This document shows, piece by piece, positions 25,470 to 32,000 of a stretch of DNA of 32,000 nucleotides; position 1 is the first letter of the stretch; each line of letters opens with the position of its first letter. Position numbers and translations under genes: made by a program. The notes under the pieces are model-generated. The model saw only the letters and a program-made list of their open reading frames with translations. It was not told the origin of the DNA and did not search any database. This DNA comes from Edaphobacter aggregans (GTDB lineage: Bacteria > Acidobacteriota > Terriglobia > Terriglobales > Acidobacteriaceae), in contig NZ_RSDW01000001.1 in assembly GCF_003945235.1 (NCBI RefSeq), positions 2,910,001 to 2,942,000 of the forward strand. The letters are read 5' to 3'.

Positions 25470-25659
25470 CGTAGTTAAAGAATCGTAAGCTGTTTGCAAT
25501 GAATATTGCACAAACAAGGTATCTGGAATCAATACTTTGCGAAGATGGCTACCAAAGTAGCTGAATACAGATACTTTGCACGAGACCGGCAATGGGAGAG
25601 ATACCGAGTGAACCGCAGTTCCAACGAGCGTAGAGTAGCGAATCTGAGAGGAGAACAGC

Positions 25660-26031
25660 ATGCTCTGTAAATGCCCGGTCGTCGCCTTCATTCCCACAAG
25701 GGACGCAGCCAAGGCCCGCATCTTTTACGAAGACGTTCTCGGTCTTAGCTTCGTAAACGACGACGCCTTCGCCATCGTCATGGACGCCAACGGTACGATG
25801 ATCCGCATCGTTCGTGTCGGCGAGTTTACCCCTATGCCCTTCACCATCCTTGGCTTCCAGGTAGAAAACATCGACCAGGCGGTAACCGAGCTCACCGGCA
25901 AAGGACTCGTGTTCGCCCGATATGCCTACTTCGAACAAAGCGGCGAAGGAATCTGGACAGCACCGAACGGCGCAAGGGTCGCCTGGTTCCTCGATCCTGA
26001 CGGCAACACGCTTTCGATCTCGCAGCACTAG
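25660..26031 (+). CDS. VOC (glyoxalase/bleomycin-resistance) family protein
   Basis: 123 aa. GAGGAG lies upstream of the ATG. Paired beta-alpha-beta-beta-beta pattern with ...ARIFYEDVLGL... and a C-terminal ...AWFLDPDGNTLSISQH. Confidence 0.85.
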   Translation: MLCKCPVVAFIPTRDAAKARIFYEDVLGLSFVNDDAFAIVMDANGTMIRIVRVGEFTPMPFTILGFQVENIDQAVTELTGKGLVFARYAYFEQSGEGIWTAPNGARVAWFLDPDGNTLSISQH

Positions 26032-26054
26032 ACGCGCTGCAACCACGAATGGTC

Positions 26055-29000
26055 CTAGAACTGGACCCTCAACCCAAGCTGCATCTGGCGCTCCTGCGTG
26101 CTGCCCGTCGCCGCTTCCGTAAACGCTCCGAATGGTCGCGTGTTCAAACCCTCCGCCGCCACAGTCGCAGCATCCTGAAAGATCAGTGGCGTCACGCCAT
26201 TCACAGCAGTACCTACAAGAAACGCCCTCTGCGTAACGCCCGAGTAGTTCACGTGGTTCGTCAGGTTGAAGACCTCCGCCGTCCCGCGAACCCGAACCCC
26301 CTCCGTGACCCGTACCGTGCGGCTCACACGCAGATCGAGGTTATAGGCATCCGGTAGCCGAAGCGTGTTCCTCCCCACCGTAGGCAGATACACCGCACCG
26401 CCCGCACCGTTGATGCTCTCGCGCCCACCCGCCAGCCGGGTGCCGCCGAAGATGTCATAGCTGTAGGGGCCCCCGCTCCGCTCCGTAAATAAAGAAGCGA
26501 TCTGCCAGCCATTCGCGCCAGTCCGCAGCCATCTGAGCTGGGACGCAAACCGAGGCTCCCACACCGCACTAGCCATCACCCTGTGCGGAAAATTCAAAGC
26601 CGAGAGACCTTTGTCATATTGCACCGTAAACGGATCGAACTGCCCGTTGATCCGAGGAGTCGCCCCGCCGTTCTGTCCGAAGTCGATCGCCTTAGACCAC
26701 GTCCAGCTGACGTGAAACTCCAGCCCTCTCCGGCCTTTGCGCCGAGCCTCCACCACCAAAGCGTTATAACTGGCATTGGCGTTCGACACGATGTCGGTGA
26801 CCGGCCCGAAGCCCGCGCTGACTCGCTGCGTATACACCGGCACCGAAAACATCTCACCATCCCGCACCCCAGGCATGCCCGTACCACCCTGTATCTCAAA
26901 CGTTCCCGTACCGACGGAAGGAGCGATGTTGATATCGACCGAGTTCGGAAGCTGCCGGTCGAGATTGATCAGGTAGGTCGCACTCCCCACAACCCCAGCC
27001 CCCACCTCACGCTCAACACTGAAACTCCCCTGTTGGACTGTCGGCACCCGGAACCTGCGATCGAAAACCATCGCCGAGGTCGTCGCCCCGACCGCAGCCG
27101 GCGGAGTCGTCAAATAGGCACAGGCATAACCGAAACCCTGATTCGCTACCTGAGGACAATTTGTAATGGTTCCAGGCACAATCCGTACATTAAGTGTCGA
27201 GGACCCCAGCGCCGTATTAGCCAAGGCACTACGAATCGTCGCACCCGGAAGCCGTCCGAAATAGAAACCATACCCAACGCGCACCACTCCCTGTCCAGCG
27301 CCTAACGGCTCCCATGCGACCCCAACCCGCGGTCCAAAATTATTTCGATCTTCCGGAAAGACGCTCGTCGCCCCTACCTTGCCGAAGACTGCATCCAACG
27401 CCGCGTTTGGTTGTTGCGGAAACGGCAGCAGCTCGTACTCGTAGCGCACACCCGCGTTTACCGTCAGCCCTTGTCGCACGCGCCAGTCGTCCTGCACAAA
27501 GCCTGACCACTCTTGAGTATTGAATGAGACTGACTGTTCACCGAAGCTCTGCGTGAAGGATCGGAAACAGAAGTCATGCACCGCAGCATGGATAGACGGG
27601 CATCCGCCGTTGGGGTATGCGTTGACGTTGAAGGTGTAGTCCGTGATCCAGTCTACGAGTCCGCCAGCATGGCCGCTCGTAGCACCGCTGTCATACCGAA
27701 ATGTCCCTTCTGCATTGCTCAGTGAGTCCGTCACGTCACGCACGGCGCTGAACTCCGCACCCACACGAACGACATGGCCTCCGTGCACCCAGGTCAGCAT
27801 ATCGCCCATTTCTATTCGGCGCTCATCGGGGAATGCCTTGAGCCCCAACGTGGCTGGTGTCCCGAAGATGAGCCCCAGCGGGCCAATTGAAACCTCAGGA
27901 ACATATCCTCCAGGTCCCACCGCCGGCTCCTGCGGCAGTGGCTGTTGCGCCTGATCGAACTGGAGATCTCGCCCATATTGCCCGCTTACGGCATTGGTGA
28001 CATGCGGACTCGCCATCCAAACCCAGCGCCCCAGCACCGCATCCACCTTGGTAAAGCTGCTGCCCAGGCTGGCAGCGCCGCGATCCACCACCGGAGTCAG
28101 CCGTAGCGCAGCAGGGGCACTCGATCGTGCGCGGTTGTATTGCGTGCTTATGTGATTTTTTTTCGAGGCTTGCCAGTCTAATTTGCCGAAGTTCACTGTT
28201 TGATCGGAATGTCTCGGTACTGCGCCTGTCAGGCTATTTAAATAATTCAGCGCTGCGTTCACCTTCGTACTGGTCACGCCACGGTTTGCGAGCAGCGTCA
28301 TCTGGGTTGCCGTCAAAGAATAGAAGGCTGGATCGCCCGGTGACGATATTGCTGGAAATGTGCGTTTCTGCTGATCATTTGCGTAAAAATAGAAGAGCTT
28401 GTCCTGCTGGATCGCGCCGCCCACACTTCCGCCGAATTGCTGCCGCAGATCGTGCGGTTTCACAGCGAGACTCGTCACGGCACCATTGACATAGCTTGTT
28501 GCAGTCGAAAACGGATTTGTCGCGGCCCACGCGCTGTCGCGTGCCAGATAAAAGGCGGTGGCGTGAAGTTTATTTGTGCCGCTTTTTGAGATTGTGGTGA
28601 CTATGCCGCCGAGGGCGTGGCCGTATTGTGCGGAATAATTTTGGCTGTTTACGCGGAATTCGCGGACTGCTTCCTGCGAGAAGGTGTAGGTCCCGCCTGA
28701 GCGATGACGCGAGTTTGTGCCGGGCGTCTGGGCGGCTTGTTCTTCGGGTTCGCCGTTGGTTTCAGGGGCGGTTCCACGTGGAACTGCACCGAAGCTTTGG
28801 TCGTCGTCGGCTCCGTCGATGCGGGTGCTGTTTTGGGTTACCGGGAGGCCGTTGAAGCTTGGTAAGTCTATGTTTTCGTTCGGGTTGGCGGTTGGGGTCA
28901 GCAGGGCGAAGTCTTGCCAGCGGCGGCCGTTTGCGGGTAAGTGGTCTATGTCGCTTTCGGTGATGGTGTTGGAGATGGCGGTGGCGGAAGGCTCTTCGAG

Positions 29001-29402
29001 GCTGGTGGCGGGTGGGTTGGGTTGGCTCGCGGTGATTGATACGGTATCGCTTGTCCAAGCTACTTTCAGGTGGGCTTCGACCTCGGTTACGCCACCGACC
29101 TCGACGTGGAACATGGGCAGGGTCATGGCGGAAAAGCCTGATGCGCTTACAGTTATCTGGTAGTCGCCGGAAGGTGTGCTGGGTAGGACGAAGCCGCCCG
29201 TGCGGCTGGTCGTGGCGTGGAGGATGAGGTGGGTGGAGAGGTCTTTGGCCTGGACTGCGGCTCCGGCCATGGCTGCGCCGGTGGGGTCGAGGACTACGCC
29301 GCGAATGGCTCCGTCCACTGCGGTTTGTCCGTAGGCGTGCGGCAGCAGAACAACATTCAGGAGGAACGCGCTTAGGGCAGCGCGTCTCAGAAAGGACAAC
29401 AT
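26055..29402 (-). CDS. TonB-dependent receptor with N-terminal carboxypeptidase-regulatory-like domain
   Basis: 1115 aa. Signal peptide (MLSFLRRAALSAFLLNVVLLPHAYGQ), CarboxypepD_reg-like domain (GAIRGVVLDPTGAAMAGAAVQAKD...GDYQITVSASGF), then a long barrel ending ...QMQLGLRVQF. GGGAG lies 6 nt upstream of the ATG. Confidence 0.92.
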   Translation of the reverse strand: MLSFLRRAALSAFLLNVVLLPHAYGQTAVDGAIRGVVLDPTGAAMAGAAVQAKDLSTHLILHATTSRTGGFVLPSTPSGDYQITVSASGFSAMTLPMFHVEVGGVTEVEAHLKVAWTSDTVSITASQPNPPATSLEEPSATAISNTITESDIDHLPANGRRWQDFALLTPTANPNENIDLPSFNGLPVTQNSTRIDGADDDQSFGAVPRGTAPETNGEPEEQAAQTPGTNSRHRSGGTYTFSQEAVREFRVNSQNYSAQYGHALGGIVTTISKSGTNKLHATAFYLARDSAWAATNPFSTATSYVNGAVTSLAVKPHDLRQQFGGSVGGAIQQDKLFYFYANDQQKRTFPAISSPGDPAFYSLTATQMTLLANRGVTSTKVNAALNYLNSLTGAVPRHSDQTVNFGKLDWQASKKNHISTQYNRARSSAPAALRLTPVVDRGAASLGSSFTKVDAVLGRWVWMASPHVTNAVSGQYGRDLQFDQAQQPLPQEPAVGPGGYVPEVSIGPLGLIFGTPATLGLKAFPDERRIEMGDMLTWVHGGHVVRVGAEFSAVRDVTDSLSNAEGTFRYDSGATSGHAGGLVDWITDYTFNVNAYPNGGCPSIHAAVHDFCFRSFTQSFGEQSVSFNTQEWSGFVQDDWRVRQGLTVNAGVRYEYELLPFPQQPNAALDAVFGKVGATSVFPEDRNNFGPRVGVAWEPLGAGQGVVRVGYGFYFGRLPGATIRSALANTALGSSTLNVRIVPGTITNCPQVANQGFGYACAYLTTPPAAVGATTSAMVFDRRFRVPTVQQGSFSVEREVGAGVVGSATYLINLDRQLPNSVDINIAPSVGTGTFEIQGGTGMPGVRDGEMFSVPVYTQRVSAGFGPVTDIVSNANASYNALVVEARRKGRRGLEFHVSWTWSKAIDFGQNGGATPRINGQFDPFTVQYDKGLSALNFPHRVMASAVWEPRFASQLRWLRTGANGWQIASLFTERSGGPYSYDIFGGTRLAGGRESINGAGGAVYLPTVGRNTLRLPDAYNLDLRVSRTVRVTEGVRVRGTAEVFNLTNHVNYSGVTQRAFLVGTAVNGVTPLIFQDAATVAAEGLNTRPFGAFTEAATGSTQERQMQLGLRVQF

Positions 29403-29705
29403 TGCTTTCTCCCGTGATCTCAGACACTTAGCAGCACGACCACGGGAAGACAGCGTCCGGGTAGAGCGTTTGTCATCATCATAGCTGGCCGGGTTTTTTT
29501 GATGTGGTGATTTCTTGTTTTTAAGGGGGCTTTTCGAAGAAGTGGTGTTTTGTTTGTGGTTTTAGATGGGTGCTTATAGGAGAAAAGTGTGGCTAGTGTG
29601 GTTAGCGGACGGCACTTTTTCGACGATGGAAAACATGCCAGATTTTTCAGGTTTATTTTCGTGCAGACCCACATCTCAGAATCGAGATATGGGGCACGCG
29701 CTGAA

Positions 29706-29734
29706 ACGGCGACCGTAGCTGTAACGGTCGCCGT
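29706..29734 (-). terminator. Hairpin downstream of the upstream TBDR gene (possible terminator)
   Basis: Perfect 11-bp stem ACGGCGACCGT / ACGGTCGCCGT with a 7-nt loop, 30 nt past the stop at 29764. The minus-strand tail (TTCAGCG) is not U-rich, so confidence is limited. Confidence 0.4.
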
Positions 29735-29763
29735 CTGGCTTTTGGAAATGGGTCAATGGTGTG

Positions 29764-32000
29764 CTAGAACTGCGCCCGAATTCCTAGCTGGAGTTGTCGA
29801 GGGGCGAAGGAGAAGCCGCTCGAGTTGGTGTTGGTTATCGATTGGAAGAGAGGCTGGGTGGCGTTGGTGGAGCTTGTGTTGAAGGTGAGCGTATTGCCGG
29901 TTACGATCCGGGGAGCGGTCGGCGTGGCTCCTGCAATGGTTGTGTTGCCCAGGAAGTAGCCGGTTGTGTTGACTGCGGTCACGTTCTGACGGTTGAGGAC
30001 GTTGAAGGTCTCGGCCATCAGCTCCAGCTTGAGCCGTTCGTATATGGTGAAGCGCTTGGAGAGACGGAGATCCAACGTATTCGTGCTGGGCTGAGCGAGC
30101 CCGTTGCGCTCGAAGCCCGGAACGCGGAAGGTACCGTTGGAGCCGTTGATGCCGCCGCCAATGGCGCTGAGGGTTGGGCTACCCGTGGCGACAAACGCCG
30201 AGGAGAGTGTGCCGCTGGTGCCGATGGAGTAAGGGAATCCGCTCTGAAGCTGGAAGCTGGGAGCGAGTTCCCAGTCGTTGAGCAGATAGGCCATCCAGCC
30301 GGTGTACTGCCATGGGGCAGTGCCGATGGCATTGAGCACGAAGCGGTTGGTGACGTTGGTGAGCGAGTTGCCATACTCTGCACGGAGGCTGGCAGGATCG
30401 AGCAGGTTATTGGCCACGGTCGCGGTCTGGTTGTTCTGACCGAAGTCCAGCGCGTGGGACCAGGTGTAGTTTGCACTGAACGTGATGTGGTTGGAGAAGC
30501 GGTGATTGATCTGCGCGACCATGCCCTGGTAGTTCGAATTGACGCCGCTGAAGATATCGGTCAAGGAACCGAAGGCGCAGTTTGGACGCTGGCTCACGCA
30601 GGGTGATGCCGCGGTGTTGGGCAGTTTGGCATAGAACTTCGAGGTGTAGGTTGAGCCTGCCGCGAGAGGACCTTTACCAGAGGTATCGACGACGCTGTAG
30701 GTGACGGTGGTTGGAGCCGGCAGATTGACGTCGACGAAGTTTTGCAGCCTGCGGCCCCAGGTTCCCAGGTACGACATGCTGAATACTGTGTTCCAGCCCA
30801 AGTCCTGCTCGACCGTGAGGTTAGCCTGGTGGATCTGAGGGGCCTTGAAGTTGGGATCGAAGAAGACGGAGTTCGGCGCACCTGCGAGGCTTCCGGTCGC
30901 GATGATCTGTGGGAAGGGAGGCGCGGCGGCTGAGGTAGCCGTTGGGCTTACCGTGAACTGACCGGCCGCTGAACCTGTGCTGGTGAGGGCGTTGTAGATG
31001 GTGCCGTTGAGAATACGGGCGAAGAACATGCCATAGCCGCCGCGAATCACGGTCTTGTTGCTGCCGAAGACGTCGTAGGCAAATCCCAGGCGTGGACCAA
31101 CGTTGGTGTTGTTGCTGGGGAAGACGCCGGTCTGGGGAAGAGAGGGAATGACGAGAGAGCTGACGGGCGAGGGTAGCTGCTCGAACTCGTAGCGTAACCC
31201 GACGGTGAGGGTCAGCTTGGGTGTGGCTCTGAAGTTGTCTTCTGCGAAGAAGCCAAAGTCGGAGGTCTGGAACTCGAGACCCGGAATGCCAAAGCCCTGG
31301 ACGTAGCTACTGAAGTTTTTCGCGCGGGCGCGATTGGCGGGATTGGGATCCTGGGAGAGATAGAAGTCGGTGAAGTAGCTGGGGAGACTGGAGTAGCTGT
31401 AGACACCGAAGCCGGAGAAGAGATTGTTGACGATGTCGTTGGTGTGGATGTAGTCGCCACCGAACTTGAAGTTGTGGCGTCCGTGGACCCAGTTGACGGT
31501 ATCGGCAACCTGCCAGCGGCGTTCGTCGGGGAGCGCCTGGCGGTTCAGGAAGTTCGGTGTACCAAAGGTGAAGCCATTGGTGATGGTAACGCTGGGAGGC
31601 AGGCCGAGGGGATTGGTGTATGCGCCGCCGGGGGTGGGACCTACGAGATTGGTTTGCTCGTAGGGAGTCGGCGTCTGATTGAACTCGAATTCGAAGTCGC
31701 GTCCGTACTGGTAACGGATCTCGTTGGTGATGTGGCTGGTAATGACGGTGTCGAGCTTCGCGATGCCGAAGGTCACGCGGACGTAGTCGTTGCCGAAGCT
31801 GGCGATGCCATCGGTGACTGTAGAGGCCGTCTGAATGCCAGCCGGGGAGGACCAGCGCAGACGGTTGACCTCGAACGAAGCGTGATTGCGGGAGTTGATC
31901 TGCCAGTCGATCTTGGGGAAGAGGATGGTCTGGTCGCCACGGCGCGGTACGGTGCCGAGCATCGTGTTGAGGCCAGTGAGGCCGTTGATGTAGTTGTTGG
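29764..32000 (-). CDS. TonB-dependent receptor, C-terminal ~745 codons (N-terminus lies outside the window)
   Basis: The frame is open from the window edge to the stop at 29764. The barrel-type Gly/Asn/Tyr/Phe-rich sequence is collinear with the other receptors (NFKFGGDY..., ...LRYEFEQLP...). The C-terminus is ...PRQLQLGIRAQF. Confidence 0.9.
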   Translation of the reverse strand, partial: NNYINGLTGLNTMLGTVPRRGDQTILFPKIDWQINSRNHASFEVNRLRWSSPAGIQTASTVTDGIASFGNDYVRVTFGIAKLDTVITSHITNEIRYQYGRDFEFEFNQTPTPYEQTNLVGPTPGGAYTNPLGLPPSVTITNGFTFGTPNFLNRQALPDERRWQVADTVNWVHGRHNFKFGGDYIHTNDIVNNLFSGFGVYSYSSLPSYFTDFYLSQDPNPANRARAKNFSSYVQGFGIPGLEFQTSDFGFFAEDNFRATPKLTLTVGLRYEFEQLPSPVSSLVIPSLPQTGVFPSNNTNVGPRLGFAYDVFGSNKTVIRGGYGMFFARILNGTIYNALTSTGSAAGQFTVSPTATSAAAPPFPQIIATGSLAGAPNSVFFDPNFKAPQIHQANLTVEQDLGWNTVFSMSYLGTWGRRLQNFVDVNLPAPTTVTYSVVDTSGKGPLAAGSTYTSKFYAKLPNTAASPCVSQRPNCAFGSLTDIFSGVNSNYQGMVAQINHRFSNHITFSANYTWSHALDFGQNNQTATVANNLLDPASLRAEYGNSLTNVTNRFVLNAIGTAPWQYTGWMAYLLNDWELAPSFQLQSGFPYSIGTSGTLSSAFVATGSPTLSAIGGGINGSNGTFRVPGFERNGLAQPSTNTLDLRLSKRFTIYERLKLELMAETFNVLNRQNVTAVNTTGYFLGNTTIAGATPTAPRIVTGNTLTFNTSSTNATQPLFQSITNTNSSGFSFAPRQLQLGIRAQF

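Noticed and set aside
25419-25721. A 100-aa minus-strand ORF across the AT-rich spacer and into the VOC gene start.
   Set aside because: It has no RBS and runs through a terminator hairpin. It overlaps the well-supported plus-strand VOC gene, and its sequence has no recognisable motif.
29411-29446. A CUGAGA-containing hairpin just upstream of the receptor ATG, considered as a possible TPP riboswitch fragment.
   Set aside because: Only the CUGAGA hexamer and a 6-bp stem (CCCGTG/CACGGG) are present. There is no pyrimidine-sensing helix or ACCTGATCTGGATAATGCCAGCG-like arm. The ATG follows within about 20 nt, leaving no room for an expression platform.
1-32000. Many long antisense or out-of-frame ORFs in the six-frame track, for example 5073-5735 (+), 8900-9733 (-), 10062-10934 (+), 11254-12132 (+), 19990-20967 (+), 26583-27305 (+), 28762-29427 (-) and 29794-30606 (+).
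   Set aside because: Each lies opposite or inside a CDS with clear family motifs. Their translations are Arg/Pro/His/Ala-rich and low-complexity, as expected for shadow frames in high-GC DNA. They have no RBS or family signature.
1-32000. Search for tRNA, rRNA, CRISPR arrays and IS, transposase or integrase genes.
   Set aside because: I found no T-arm or acceptor-like GGTTCGAATCC...CCA context and no regularly spaced short repeats. No ORF has transposase or recombinase motifs. This was a visual scan only and should be confirmed with tRNAscan-SE, Infernal and ISEScan.

Overview
This is a high-GC chromosomal segment. Its gene content suggests an Acidobacteriota (Terriglobia-like) genome, but that is inference only. 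The main clue is four TonB-dependent receptors (TBDRs) of the carboxypeptidase-regulatory-domain type, each ending in the ...Q.G.R/K..F motif.

Most of the roughly 26 coding genes are ordinary housekeeping or envelope genes:
- DNA, RNA and repair: an endonuclease III-like HhH-GPD protein, greA, dnaB, mnmG, msrA.
- Envelope and wall: mltG, alr, a CDP-alcohol phosphatidyltransferase, an MscS channel, a LolA-like lipoprotein, an SGNH lipoprotein, a secreted alpha/beta hydrolase.
- Other: isoaspartyl peptidase/asparaginase, a KTSC protein, a Gfo/Idh/MocA oxidoreductase, a YafY(WYL)-VOC pair, a second VOC protein, a DUF5076-like protein.

Reading by eye, I found no rRNA, tRNA, CRISPR array, transposase, integrase, or recognisable defence or toxin-antitoxin module. 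I do not see a convincing multi-gene novel system.

The structures most worth a second look are:
1. A single-gene cassette encoding a three-domain beta/gamma-crystallin. It sits between dnaB and the VOC gene and is flanked by ~140-bp direct repeats that duplicate the whole dnaB-VOC intergenic region.
2. A 16-bp palindrome, ATGAAT-N4-ATTCAT, present twice upstream of a TBDR and a third time at the start of the SGNH lipoprotein gene.
3. Two orphan minus-strand terminators in long intergenic regions, which may mark ncRNAs.
4. A frameshifted, 5'-truncated pseudogene next to an AT-rich scar.
5. An AT-rich gene for a secreted protein with LolA-like and TonB-C-like regions.

All product calls come from motif recognition in the translated ORFs. 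No database search was run.
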